Both the position numbers and the translations under genes were made by a program. This document shows positions 31,004 to 40,721 of a DNA stretch of 64,000 nt, piece after piece (positions within the stretch are counted from its first letter, which is position 1; each line of letters begins with the position of its first letter). The DNA lies in the NCBI GenBank assembly GCA_037200745.1, contig JBBCHK010000009.1, positions 56,304-120,303 of the forward strand, written 5' to 3'. Under the pieces are notes generated by a model, which saw nothing but the letters and a program-made list of their open reading frames with translations, made no database searches and was not told the origin of the DNA. This stretch comes from Alphaproteobacteria bacterium. Its GTDB lineage: Bacteria; Pseudomonadota; Alphaproteobacteria; Rickettsiales; UBA3002.

Positions 31004-31719
31004 ACACGCCGCATACCGCCATCGTCCTCGCCGCCGGGCTCGGCACGCGCATGAAGCCGCTGACGGACACGCTGCCCAAGCCGCTGATCGAGGTCGCCGG
31101 CAAGCCGCTCATCGACTGGTGCCTCGACTGGCTGAGCCTCGCCGGCGTCGCCCGCGCGGTGGTCAACGTCTCCTACATGGCCGAGCAGATGGAAGCGCAC
31201 CTCGCGCAGCGGGCGCGGCCGCGCGTCAGCATCTCGCGCGAGGAGACGCCGCTGGAGACGGGCGGCGGCGTCATGAAGGCCCTGCCGCTGCTCGGGCGCG
31301 GGCCGTTCGTCGCCATGAACAGCGACGCGATCTTCCCGCCGTCGGTGCCGCACCCGCTGCAGAAGCTCGGCGAGGCGTGGCGCGACGAGCTCGATTTCCT
31401 GATGCTGCTGGTGCCGCGCGAGCGCGCGCTCGGCCGGGAGGGCAAGGGCGATTTCATCCAGGACAAATCCGGCCGCGTCCGCTGGCCGCAGCCGGGCGAG
31501 GAGGCGCCGTACGTCTTCAGCGGCGTCGAGATCGTCCACCCGCGCGTCTTCGAGGGCTGCACGCAGGGCGCGTTCCCCATGCGCGAGCTCTGGCAGCGCA
31601 GCGAGCAGCCGGACGGCTGGCACAGCCGCATCCGCTCCGTCGTGCATGACGGCCCATGGCTGAGCGTCGGCGATCCGGGCGGGTTGAAAACCGCGGAAGA
31701 GTTTTTGGTGGCGCGCTGA
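31000..31719 (+). CDS. murU: MurNAc-1-phosphate uridylyltransferase-like nucleotidyltransferase
   Basis: LAAGLGTRMKPLTDTLPKPL, ETGGG, W..VG.P; follows amgK. Confidence 0.85.
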   Translation: MNTPHTAIVLAAGLGTRMKPLTDTLPKPLIEVAGKPLIDWCLDWLSLAGVARAVVNVSYMAEQMEAHLAQRARPRVSISREETPLETGGGVMKALPLLGRGPFVAMNSDAIFPPSVPHPLQKLGEAWRDELDFLMLLVPRERALGREGKGDFIQDKSGRVRWPQPGEEAPYVFSGVEIVHPRVFEGCTQGAFPMRELWQRSEQPDGWHSRIRSVVHDGPWLSVGDPGGLKTAEEFLVAR

Positions 31720-31912
31720 CGCGCACGGGGGCGTACCGCCCCCGCTACCGCTCCCCCTCGTTCGCGCTGACGCGCTCCGGCTCGCCTATTCGGCTACGCG
31801 GGTTCTTGGTGGTGCGCTGACGCGCACGGGGGGCGTGGCGCCCCCGCTACCGCTCCCCCTCGTTCGCGCTGACGCGCTCCGGCTCGCCTATTCGGCTACG
31901 CGAGGCAGTGCG
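31706..31912 (+). repeat. Family C repeat, two tandem ~100-bp copies
   Basis: TGGTGG(C/T)GCGCTGACGCGCACGGGGG...CTCCGGCTCGCCTATTCGGCTACGCG repeated at ~31706 and ~31807. Confidence 0.88.
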
Positions 31913-31928
31913 GGAACTCGGAAATTTT

Positions 31929-33647
31929 CTAGCTCGGCGGGACGATGGGGAGGCGGACTTCGGCGTCGGGCGAGGTGGGCGCCCAGTAGCCGGCGGGCAT
32001 GTCGAGGATGCCGCTGGGTTCGATCGTCAGCGGGAAGAAGGCCTTCGAGCCCACCGACGGCGCCTGTCCCGACTGGCTGCTGACGGTGATCGTGCCATCG
32101 GCGGCGATGGCGAGCGTCGAATCGTTGGGGATGGTGACGTTGCCGTCGGTGCTGGTGATGCTGCCGCCGTTGGTCAAGGTGAGGCGGCCGGCGCCGCTGA
32201 CGGTCGCCGGGCCGTTGATGCTCAGCGTGTCGCCATTGGTGAGACCCAGCGTGCCGCCGTTGGGCAGGGCGAAGTCGGGCGAGTTTCCGCCGAGCTCGAT
32301 GACGGCGCCGCTTTGCGTATAGATCGCGCTGCCGGTGGTGGTGCCGACCATGTAGGCGGTCATCGAATCGACCGAGGCGGCGGGGGCGGAGCTTCCCGGC
32401 GGATCGACGAGGTTGGGGCGGTCGAGCAGCGCCATCTGGATGGTGCCGGTGCAGCCGCCGCCGGAGCTGCTCGGGTAATTCGTCTGCAGCTGGCAGCTCG
32501 ACAGCGCGGTGGGCGTGGTGCTCAGGCCCTGCGACTGGCAGGTGGCGGCGGGGGCCTCGCAGCCGCCGTCGCTGACCATGCGGTAGGTCACGTCGGCGAC
32601 CTGTGCGCCGGGCGCGGCGTAGCTGTTCGCGGCGACGCAGTTGCCGCTGGAGCTCGCCACGCTGCCGCCGGAGAGCGGCAGCAGCAGGAATTTCTCGGGC
32701 GGCGAGGACGGCGAGAGCGGGTCCGTGGCGGCGCCCTGCGCCGGGATGAGGCGGACCGGCAATTGCGTCGCGCTGCTCGAGAAGCTGATCATCTGCGCGA
32801 TGGGCAGCGGCAGCGCCGCGCCGCCGCAGACCGAGGCGGGAAGCTTCGCGCCGCTGGCCGAGATCAGGCTGTAGACATTGCCGGTGCGGTGCCACAGCCA
32901 GTAATAGGGCTGGCCGTATTCGGTGACGAGCAGGCTGTCGGCGTTCGCATTGAGCGCCATGTCGTAGGTGGTGAGCGGGATGGCGCCGCCGCAGTCGGTG
33001 GTGTTCGGGCCCTGGTTGGTGAGCGCGTTATTGCCGGCGGCCAGCTTCTGCTGCGTGCCGAAGGTGCCGCTGGTGTCGGTCTGGCTGGTCGGGCAGGCCG
33101 AGCCGCCGCCGGAGCTGCTGCTCGACGAGGACGACGAAGACGAAGACGACGAGCTGCTGTTGCCGGACGAGAAGGGCCAGCCCTGCCACGGCGGGAAGCT
33201 GATGGAGAATTGCATCACCGCCTGGCTGACGTCCGGCGCGGCGCCGACGCAGTTGCCGTTGTCGTCGAGCTCGGCGCAGCCGGGCGGGCGGTCGGGCTGC
33301 TGGGTGAAGCCGCCCGCGAAGCCGCCGGTGCCTTCGCCGGCGGCGGGCCCGCCGACGCCGTTGTCCGAGCGCCAGCAGGAGGGCGGGTCCCAGCCCTGCG
33401 TCATGCAGTGGTGGATGAGCTTGGCGTCCACCTTGAACAGCCGGTTGACGTTGATGTGCATCACGGTCGAGCAGTCGGGCGCGCTGCTGCCCGACGGCGG
33501 CTCGGCCGTGCAGGTGTCGCCGCCGCCGCTGCTGGCGCCGCCGCTGCTCTGCGCGGTGGTGGTGGTGTTCTGCTGCGCCAGCGCGGCGAAGGCGAACAGG
33601 GCGCTGAGCGCGGCGAACGTCGCGGCGTATGTGCGCGTGGGCCGCAT
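31929..33647 (-). CDS. Secreted Cys/Ser/Gly-rich protein with beta-rich C-terminus (adhesin-like), ~572 aa
   Basis: Signal peptide MRPTRTYAATFAALSALFAFAALA|QQ, poly-Ser linker, many Cys; TGATG coupling with upstream gene. Confidence 0.75.
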   Translation of the reverse strand: MRPTRTYAATFAALSALFAFAALAQQNTTTTAQSSGGASSGGGDTCTAEPPSGSSAPDCSTVMHINVNRLFKVDAKLIHHCMTQGWDPPSCWRSDNGVGGPAAGEGTGGFAGGFTQQPDRPPGCAELDDNGNCVGAAPDVSQAVMQFSISFPPWQGWPFSSGNSSSSSSSSSSSSSSSSGGGSACPTSQTDTSGTFGTQQKLAAGNNALTNQGPNTTDCGGAIPLTTYDMALNANADSLLVTEYGQPYYWLWHRTGNVYSLISASGAKLPASVCGGAALPLPIAQMISFSSSATQLPVRLIPAQGAATDPLSPSSPPEKFLLLPLSGGSVASSSGNCVAANSYAAPGAQVADVTYRMVSDGGCEAPAATCQSQGLSTTPTALSSCQLQTNYPSSSGGGCTGTIQMALLDRPNLVDPPGSSAPAASVDSMTAYMVGTTTGSAIYTQSGAVIELGGNSPDFALPNGGTLGLTNGDTLSINGPATVSGAGRLTLTNGGSITSTDGNVTIPNDSTLAIAADGTITVSSQSGQAPSVGSKAFFPLTIEPSGILDMPAGYWAPTSPDAEVRLPIVPPS

Positions 33648-36600
33648 CAGTTGGGCCCCGTGGCGGCGCCCTGCCGGTTGTCCTTGCTGACCGGGTAGAG
33701 CTTGATCGTGTCCCAGTTCGCCGGCTCGCAGTCGAGCAGGCGTGTGTCGTCGCAGCTGACGGACCAGCCGACGCGCGAGGCCTCGGCGGTGATGGTCGGC
33801 GGCAGCATGCCCTTCTTGAAGAAGTAGCGGGCGCGCATCTCGTTCCAGTTGTCGGTGGTGCCGCAGACGTCCGGCCATTTGCCGTTGTCGGCCTCGACGA
33901 TCTTGACGTAGCAGTTCTTGTTCTGCGCGCAGTTGCTCGGCGTGGTCGAGTTGCAGGCGCTCTTGTTGGGCAGGTTGACCGCGGCGACGATGCCGATCTT
34001 GGCGAGCCCCATCTTGCCGGTGTCGGTCTCGGTGCCCTGCGGCAGCATGACGATGTCGCCGCACTCGGCATTGTCGAGCCCGGTCTTGGTGGTGGCGGCG
34101 CCGCCCGAACCCGAACCCGAGCCCGAGCCCGAACCGGAGCCCGAACCGGAGCCTGAGCTCGATATCGGGAACTGCTGCGTCGTATCTTTAGCGGTGAGGT
34201 AGCCGCGCCAGCTTCGCGGCGCCACCTCGTGCAGCATGTTGACCATGCGGTGCGAGGTGGTCGAGCTGCCGGTGGTGGTCGTATCGGTATTGCCGGCGGC
34301 GGTGGTGGTGCAGGGCTTGGTGGGGTCGTTATCGCTGCATTCGGTGATGATGGCGGTGGAGAACTCGCTGCCCGAGGCGAGCATGCTCATCCCCTCGCTG
34401 CTGCCCGGCTTGAAGACTTTTTCGTAGCGGCCGAGGCAGCTCAGATGGCCCACCGGCGCGCGCAGGGTGCGGATCTGGTAGAGCTTTAGCTCGGTCCAGC
34501 TGGTGACGGGATCGGGCACGTTGACGGTCGCGCCGGCGACGCTGATGGTCTTCTGCTCGGTCCAGCCTTCGTTCTTGTCGACCCCGCTGCCGCCCCAGCC
34601 GCCGTAGAGGCAGCGCTCTTCCTTCTGCGGGCCGCCGCTGGAGCCGGAACCAGTACCGCTGGAAGACGTGGAGCTGCCCGAGGCCGTAGAGGACGACGTG
34701 CTCTGGCCGCTGCCTGGCGCGCCTTCGCGGCCGACGCCGACGATGGCGGTCCACTGGCCGTAGCTGTCGGTGGCGTTCTGGGTGTTGCTGCCGGCGGAAG
34801 TCGCGCTCTTCTGCAGGGAGGTGCCTTTGTCGAGCAGCATCGGGTAGGGCATGTGGTCGCAGAAATATTCGCGGAAGGTGGTGCCTTCAGGCGCACCCTG
34901 CGGCAGCTGGTCGTTCGCCTTGTCGAGCGGGTTGTGGTAGCGCATCTTCAGCACGTTGAGCGGGCGGAACGGCTTGCGCAGCGCCTTGCAGAGGTTGGCA
35001 GCGCTGTAGTCGCTGCTGGTGTTCTTCATGTCGAAGCGGCAGTTGGCGTTCGTATTCAGGAAATTGTAGGCGCCCGGAACATAGGGTTTCCGGATCGGCA
35101 GGTCGGACTTGTCGTACTCCGTTGCGCACGGCGGCTGCTTGATCGTGCTGTAATCGACCTTCTGTTTCGAGGTGGTCGGTTCGAAGCACTGCCAGCAGGG
35201 AATGGCCTTGGCGGTGTTAGGGCCGGTGACCTGGTAACAATACGATGATTTCGCGACGTCGGCGATCGTGCCCGAACGGGTGTTATTGTCGGCGTAACAG
35301 ATGGCGTTCCAGTCGATGCGGTTGAGCATGCCCGGCGCTTTCTTGCCCGCCGCGGTCTGGCCGGCCGCGCCGGACGAGGCGGGCGCGGGGCAGGGCGCGT
35401 CGGAGCGGAAGGTGCCGGGGACCTTGATGGTCGCGGTGCCGGCGCCGGGCGGCGGCGTGTCGGGCAGGCTGCCCTCGAAGCCGCATTTGCGCCAGTAGAC
35501 CACGTCGACGCGCATCGACGTGCGTCCGCTGTCGGCGGACTTCGGCGCGGGGCATTGCTTGACGTCGTCGGCGTATTTGTCGCTGGCGAAGTTGGAGTCT
35601 TCCAGCACGCCGGCGCAGAAGACGCTGTTCTTGAGGGTCTTGGCGTGCTTGTCGTCGGTATAGGCGGCGGTCAGCGGCGAATAGCCCTGGCGGTCGTTGG
35701 TCTCGAAATCCCAGCGCGGCGAGAAGGGGTGCGACGGGTCGTAGATGGCTTCATACTGGTAGGTATCGAGCGTCGAGAGCGTCACGCTGGCGAGGCCCGC
35801 CGGCGGGTCTTGAGGCTCCTGGATGGTCACGCCGCTCGGCAAATGCGGCTCCAGCGGGTCCTTCTTGTCGACGCGGGAGGCGTCGCTGGCGTCGTGCAGC
35901 AGCTTCTTCCACGCGGCGGTGAGGTAGTAGCCGGCGCTGTATTCGTTGTCGGTCACCTTGGTGACGCGCAGCGGCTGGCAGGAGGTGCGGCCGTTGATGT
36001 GCTCGGACGGGTCCTGCGGGTTCTCCATGTCGTGCGTGATCGCGTCCTCGTGCTGGAACGGGTAGAGCGCCGCCTGCAGGATATAGAGGTTGGCGCAGGT
36101 ATCGAGCTGCATGCGGATGGATTTGGCGTAATCGGCGCAGGAGCTGGCGTCGTCGCCGCTGGGCTTGCAGCTTGAACGCGGGTCGGAGGCGAATTTCAGC
36201 CAGGTCTTGCAGTTGGCGATGTTCTGCAGGTTGGTGTCGGGCTCGTTGCCGCTGACCTTGCCGCTGCTGCCGGTGCCGCCCGACGTGGTGTTGCCGGTGG
36301 TGGTGCCGCCGCTGCTGCTTCCGGCGGTGCCCGGGGCGGTGCCGCAGCTCGTATTGCCGAGCATGCTGAAGGTCTGCGTGGTGTCCCCCGCCGTGCCGCG
36401 GTAAAGGACGCCGGTATAGGGCTTGCCCGTCGAAGGATCGCAGGGGAAGGCGTAGAGATAGGGCGTGAAGCTGCCGGTCTGCGCGCCGGAGTCGCCGTTC
36501 GCCGCCGCCTGGCCGACGAAGGAGGTGCGCGGCGTGTCGCGCATCGGCATCGGCTTGTCGAAGGCGGGGCAGGGCGCCATGGTGCCGAAGACGCCGTTCG

Positions 36601-36883
36601 TGCTCGAGCTGCCGACGGTGTTGGAGCCGGCGACCTTGTTGTCGCCACAGGCCTCGCCGGGGTTGCAGCAGCGCACGGTGGTGCTGGCGTAGGTGTTGTC
36701 GCAGCCGGTGGTCTCGGAATTCGCCCCCGTGGTGGCCTTGCAGGTGATGCCGCTGTTGTCGTCGGCATGTGCGGACGGAACGAAGCAAAAAAGGATGACG
36801 GCCAGAGCGGCCGCGAAAAGCAGGGTCGAGACGGCATCGGTACGGCCACGGCCGTACGTTTCAACGCGTTGCATGCACCACAC
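33647..36883 (-). CDS. Large secreted Cys-rich protein (~1075 aa)
   Basis: Signal peptide ending PSAHA|DD, dozens of Cys, GS linkers, high GC3 codon usage. Confidence 0.85.
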   Translation of the reverse strand: MWCMQRVETYGRGRTDAVSTLLFAAALAVILFCFVPSAHADDNSGITCKATTGANSETTGCDNTYASTTVRCCNPGEACGDNKVAGSNTVGSSSTNGVFGTMAPCPAFDKPMPMRDTPRTSFVGQAAANGDSGAQTGSFTPYLYAFPCDPSTGKPYTGVLYRGTAGDTTQTFSMLGNTSCGTAPGTAGSSSGGTTTGNTTSGGTGSSGKVSGNEPDTNLQNIANCKTWLKFASDPRSSCKPSGDDASSCADYAKSIRMQLDTCANLYILQAALYPFQHEDAITHDMENPQDPSEHINGRTSCQPLRVTKVTDNEYSAGYYLTAAWKKLLHDASDASRVDKKDPLEPHLPSGVTIQEPQDPPAGLASVTLSTLDTYQYEAIYDPSHPFSPRWDFETNDRQGYSPLTAAYTDDKHAKTLKNSVFCAGVLEDSNFASDKYADDVKQCPAPKSADSGRTSMRVDVVYWRKCGFEGSLPDTPPPGAGTATIKVPGTFRSDAPCPAPASSGAAGQTAAGKKAPGMLNRIDWNAICYADNNTRSGTIADVAKSSYCYQVTGPNTAKAIPCWQCFEPTTSKQKVDYSTIKQPPCATEYDKSDLPIRKPYVPGAYNFLNTNANCRFDMKNTSSDYSAANLCKALRKPFRPLNVLKMRYHNPLDKANDQLPQGAPEGTTFREYFCDHMPYPMLLDKGTSLQKSATSAGSNTQNATDSYGQWTAIVGVGREGAPGSGQSTSSSTASGSSTSSSGTGSGSSGGPQKEERCLYGGWGGSGVDKNEGWTEQKTISVAGATVNVPDPVTSWTELKLYQIRTLRAPVGHLSCLGRYEKVFKPGSSEGMSMLASGSEFSTAIITECSDNDPTKPCTTTAAGNTDTTTTGSSTTSHRMVNMLHEVAPRSWRGYLTAKDTTQQFPISSSGSGSGSGSGSGSGSGSGGAATTKTGLDNAECGDIVMLPQGTETDTGKMGLAKIGIVAAVNLPNKSACNSTTPSNCAQNKNCYVKIVEADNGKWPDVCGTTDNWNEMRARYFFKKGMLPPTITAEASRVGWSVSCDDTRLLDCEPANWDTIKLYPVSKDNRQGAATGPN

Positions 36884-36994
36884 CGGTCCGGGATTTTCCC
36901 GTTATCAGGATTCGTTGTTTACATTAGCACAGGTCACGGTAAGCTGCACGGAAATTGTTAATTTTTACGAAAATTATCGTTTAATTACGAGAGA

Positions 36995-37756
36995 ATGACC
37001 GGTCCGGTGAGTCAGCCAAACGTCAGTGACGAGCAGCAGAGAATCGCCGAGCTCATTCGTTCCGGAGAGTATTTCGACGAGGCGAAGCGCTGGTACCAGG
37101 CTCTCTATATCGGCCCCATCTCCGAGCGCACGGCCTTCCTCATCATCGCCGTGCTCGCCGTCTTCGTCGGGCTGACCGGCGTCGGCGCCGTGCTGGGCCT
37201 GCTGCCGGTCACCGAGCGGCCGCCCGAGCTGCTCGCCACCGACCGCATCGACGACGTCACCATGCAGCTCGTCCAGATCCGCCCGCGCGGCACCGACCTC
37301 AACCATGCGATGCTGCAGTTCTTCCTGCGCAGCTATGTCAGCGCCCGCGAGGGGTACGACGTCTATCACTACACGCAGAGCTACAATTTCGTCGCCGCGC
37401 ATTCCGACGCGCCGACGTCCGCCGCCTACGCCGCGCAGTACGGGCCGGGCGCGGCGGGCGGCCCGGTGGCGCAGCTCGGCCAGCTCGGCCGGCGCGCGGT
37501 GAACGTCTACTATGTCAGCATCAACGACAAGGTCGAGCCGAAGGTGGCCGCCGTGCGGTTTTCCACAACCTCCGACACCGGTGACGTGCCGGTGACATCG
37601 CAGTGGACGGCGACCATCGGCTTTTACTATAGTGACTTCCTCGTCACTACCACGCGCGACTCAAGAACCGGTGAATTCACAACGAAAACCCAAGAACCTC
37701 AATTCCAGGTGGTCAGTTATGTCCTCGCGCCCGCGAATGCTGCGAACGGCCGTTAG
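36995..37756 (+). CDS. virB8: Type IV secretion system VirB8 family protein
   Basis: Single TM, YVSAREGYD motif, A.VRF, W.ATI.F.Y, FQVVSY; adjacent to virB9. Confidence 0.85.
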   Translation: MTGPVSQPNVSDEQQRIAELIRSGEYFDEAKRWYQALYIGPISERTAFLIIAVLAVFVGLTGVGAVLGLLPVTERPPELLATDRIDDVTMQLVQIRPRGTDLNHAMLQFFLRSYVSAREGYDVYHYTQSYNFVAAHSDAPTSAAYAAQYGPGAAGGPVAQLGQLGRRAVNVYYVSINDKVEPKVAAVRFSTTSDTGDVPVTSQWTATIGFYYSDFLVTTTRDSRTGEFTTKTQEPQFQVVSYVLAPANAANGR

Positions 37757-38534
37757 CCTTGCGCTCGTCGCGCTGCTCGGCCTCGCGCCGGCGGCCTACG
37801 CGCTGCAGGAGCCCAAGCCCATCGCCACCGACAGCCGCATCCGCACCGTCCGCTACAGCCCGAACGAGGTCTATCAGTTCATCGGCCATTACGGCTACCA
37901 GTCGGCGATCGAGTTCGCGGCGGACGAAAAGATCCTCACCGTCTCGGTGGGCGATTCCATCTCGTGGATGATCAACCCGTCGAACAACCGGCTGTTCCTC
38001 AAGCCCATCGAGCAGAACGCGCTCACCAACATGACGGTCGTCACCGACAAGCGCACCTACTTCTTCGAGCTGCACGCCGAGGAAACGCAGGACATTCGCG
38101 ACCCCAACATGGTGTTCGACCTGCGCTTCGTCTATCCCGGCACCGATTCGGACTCGGTCGATTTCGCCCAGTTCGAGACCTTCCCCGACTTCGACAAGCA
38201 TCCCGAGAAATACAATTTCAACTACACGATCCGCGGCGGGGACGCGATCGCCCCCATCCGCATCTTCGACGACGGCGAGTTCACGTATTTCCAGTTCCCC
38301 GACAAGAACGGCGAGATCCCCGCCTTCTTCCGCGTCGAGCCCGACCTCAGCGAGTCGCTCATCAACTTCCGCAAGCGCGGCGACTACATCGTCGTCGAGC
38401 AGGTGACCAGCCGCTTCACCCTGCGCCGGGGCCCCTACATCGTCTGCGTCTACAACGAGAAACGCCCGCTGCAGACCGTCCCCGGCCCCGAGAAGCCCTT
38501 CAGCCAGCGCGTGCGCGACTTCGCGCCGTTCTAG
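37737..38534 (+). CDS. virB9: Type IV secretion system VirB9/TrbG family protein
   Basis: Signal peptide, DSRIRTVRYSPNEV, LFLKP, TNMTVVTDKRTYFFEL, NFNY, FDDGEFTYFQF. Confidence 0.92.
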   Translation: MLRTAVSLALVALLGLAPAAYALQEPKPIATDSRIRTVRYSPNEVYQFIGHYGYQSAIEFAADEKILTVSVGDSISWMINPSNNRLFLKPIEQNALTNMTVVTDKRTYFFELHAEETQDIRDPNMVFDLRFVYPGTDSDSVDFAQFETFPDFDKHPEKYNFNYTIRGGDAIAPIRIFDDGEFTYFQFPDKNGEIPAFFRVEPDLSESLINFRKRGDYIVVEQVTSRFTLRRGPYIVCVYNEKRPLQTVPGPEKPFSQRVRDFAPF

Positions 38535-38539
38535 GTATT

Positions 38540-38632
38540 GTCATTCCCGCGCAGGCGGGAATCCAGTCCGCGCGAAGCGCAACTAAGAATTCTTTTTTAA
38601 GCGGGCTGGATCCCAGCCTTCGCTGGGATGAC
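38540..38632. repeat. Family A palindromic element
   Basis: GTCATTCCCGCGCAGGCGGGAATCCAG...CTGGATCCCAGCCTTCGCTGGGATGAC. Confidence 0.85.
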
Positions 38633-38676
38633 AAGGCGGGTTGCGCCGATTTCATTCCATAGCTATAAAACGACCC

Positions 38677-39135
38677 ATGTTTTCGAAACGCCAGAGCATC
38701 GAGCAGGTGGAAGAGGGCAAAGAGCTCGCCCCGAAATTCGACGAGCACGGCCTCATCCCCTGCGTCACCACCAGCGCGAACACCGGCGAGGTGCTGATGC
38801 TCGGCTACATGAACGAGGAAGCGCTCAGGAAGACCATCGAAACCGGCGAGGCGCATTACTACAGCCGCAGCCGCAAGACGCTCTGGCACAAGGGCGCCAC
38901 CTCCGGCCTCGTGCAGAAGGTGAAGGAGATGCGCATCGACGACGACCAGGACGCCATCTGGCTCGCGGTGGATATCCCCGGCGACGCCAGCTGCCACGTC
39001 GGCTACCGCAGCTGCTTCTACCGCGCCGTGCCGACCGGCAAGGGCGACAACGTTGAACTCGTGTTCAAAGAACAATCCAAGACCTTCGACCCCAAGAAAG
39101 TCTACGGCGACGCCCCGAACCCGACGGTGCTCTAA
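38677..39135 (+). CDS. hisI: Phosphoribosyl-AMP cyclohydrolase
   Basis: [43 protein letters not shown]. Confidence 0.95.
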   Translation: MFSKRQSIEQVEEGKELAPKFDEHGLIPCVTTSANTGEVLMLGYMNEEALRKTIETGEAHYYSRSRKTLWHKGATSGLVQKVKEMRIDDDQDAIWLAVDIPGDASCHVGYRSCFYRAVPTGKGDNVELVFKEQSKTFDPKKVYGDAPNPTVL

Positions 39136-39181
39136 GCCAATCTTCACCCTGCTGTCATAATCCGCCGCCTATACTGGCGGG

Positions 39182-40282
39182 ATGAGCGAGGACCCCAACA
39201 AGGACGCCGGAGAAGGCGCCGATCTTAATGCCGTGCTGCCCGCGATAGCGGGCGCAAAGGTAAACCGGCGCACATTCCTCGAGTTCCTGGGTGCGGCCAG
39301 CGCGCCGGTGAAGCTGAGCGCCGAAGCGTCGCGCGTGCTGGCATCCACCGGGCGGCTGAGCGCGGAGGAGATCCTTTCGTTTCTACCGGAGGACCAGGTC
39401 GTCGCCGTAGCGCGCAGCCTGTTCAAATCCAGTGAGATATTGAGCTGCGTCAAGGTCAGCAAGGACTTCAAGGGCCCACTGGCGGGTAAAATCCTCTCCT
39501 ATCAGCGCGGTCTGGACGACGCTCACCTGAAAGAGAGTCTTTCGGAATTCAGGGGTCCCGGCGTTCAGGACGTCCTGAAGCGGCTGATACGCGCCGAAGG
39601 GGCGCAAAAGGCTTTGCTCGAAAAGGTGCGCCAGGCGCATTTGAGCGAGATGACGGAGGGATATGTGCCTGCGCAGAGCGACCCCTTCTTCCTGGAGCAG
39701 GCCCAGTCCATGGAGTCCGAGTTCAAAGAGACCCTCGGATTCCTGCAAAGGCAACCGGGAGACTCGCCGGTTCAAGGCGTACTCCAGTTCATCGACGGGC
39801 AACGCTCGCAGTTGCGGAATTCCATCGCCGAGGAGATGGGGCGGCTGTCGGCAGAGCAGGTCAGTGAAACGCTGCGGGAATGCGTTGCACAGTACGACGT
39901 TCCCTTCGATCCGGAATTGCGCGAGGCCATCCAGAGGGTCGTTCCGGACTTCGATGCGCTGAAGACAAGAATCGGCGACGAGTGTCGCACCGAGACAGTC
40001 CGCCGGCGGCAGGAGTTTCAGGATAGCATCCGGATAGAGCGCGTGCGGGGCGCGATCGGAACTTTCGTCATCGATTGCAGCCGCATCGACCCGGCGCAAA
40101 GGCCTTTCGTGCATATGAAAATCGGTACATTATTTCCCCATCCGGAGGATTTCCTGGATGCACGAAAAACGCAAACGACGCCGGTCGGCGACAAGCTGTG
40201 GGTCACTACCAGCTCGCTCATCGTACGCGCGAAGCTCAGAGAGCTTGAGAGCGGCCGGGCAGAGCCGGGAGCCTCGCGCTAA
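39182..40282 (+). CDS. Hypothetical protein (366 aa, orphan-like)
   Basis: Long ORF with atypical codon usage; RRTFL near the N-terminus. Confidence 0.6.
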   Translation: MSEDPNKDAGEGADLNAVLPAIAGAKVNRRTFLEFLGAASAPVKLSAEASRVLASTGRLSAEEILSFLPEDQVVAVARSLFKSSEILSCVKVSKDFKGPLAGKILSYQRGLDDAHLKESLSEFRGPGVQDVLKRLIRAEGAQKALLEKVRQAHLSEMTEGYVPAQSDPFFLEQAQSMESEFKETLGFLQRQPGDSPVQGVLQFIDGQRSQLRNSIAEEMGRLSAEQVSETLRECVAQYDVPFDPELREAIQRVVPDFDALKTRIGDECRTETVRRRQEFQDSIRIERVRGAIGTFVIDCSRIDPAQRPFVHMKIGTLFPHPEDFLDARKTQTTPVGDKLWVTTSSLIVRAKLRELESGRAEPGASR

Positions 40283-40311
40283 AAAAAGAGGCCACTCTTG
40301 CGAATGGCCCC
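40281..40311 (-). terminator. Rho-independent terminator for the minus-strand small ORF
   Basis: Minus strand GGGGCCATTC-GCAA-GAGTGGCCTC-TTTTTTT. Confidence 0.7.
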
Positions 40312-40385
40312 GATTGAGGATGGTGTGTGCTAGAAAATCAATTCGCTTGCCGGGCGCTCGCGGGCGCTACCTGAATTCCTTTTCC

Positions 40386-40601
40386 TTACGTGGCGACGAA
40401 GCCGTGCGCTTTTGCGTTCTGCGCGTTGAAGATGGTGATCTCGCGGATGGCGTCGCCATACGTGGCCTTCTCGGGCCGCGCGCCGGTGTACAGGCTGATG
40501 ATCTCGATCGGGTTCATCTTGTACCGGTTCTTGAGAAAGAGCACCTGCTCCTCCGCCATGGTCTGTATCGTGTTCAGCACTTCGATCTGTTGTTTCGTCA
40601 T
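40386..40601 (-). CDS. Small hypothetical protein (71 aa)
   Basis: GGGGAGG RBS, typical codon usage, own sigma54 promoter and terminator. Confidence 0.75.
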   Translation of the reverse strand: MTKQQIEVLNTIQTMAEEQVLFLKNRYKMNPIEIISLYTGARPEKATYGDAIREITIFNAQNAKAHGFVAT

Positions 40602-40705
40602 AACGTTGCACCTCCCCGTGCCTTGTGTGCGCTGCTTGCGCGTTTTTTCTGATGACTCATTCGTGGTCAGTCTTTTTCGGCCTTACGGCTCTTGGTCTGT
40701 AGTTA

Positions 40706-40721
40706 AGCAAGGGCTGTGCCA
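40706..40721 (-). promoter_or_regulatory. Sigma54 (-24/-12) promoter
   Basis: Minus strand TGGCAC-AGCCC-TTGCT matches the TGGCAC-N5-TTGC consensus. Confidence 0.85.

Noticed and set aside
31706..31912. Tandem ~100-bp repeats as a CRISPR array
   Set aside because: No unique spacers, only two units, no cas genes; belongs to a dispersed repeat family
34106..34157. GS-encoding 6-bp repeats (and poly-Ser at ~33115-33160) as DNA-level elements
   Set aside because: Synonymous variation indicates protein linkers rather than DNA repeats
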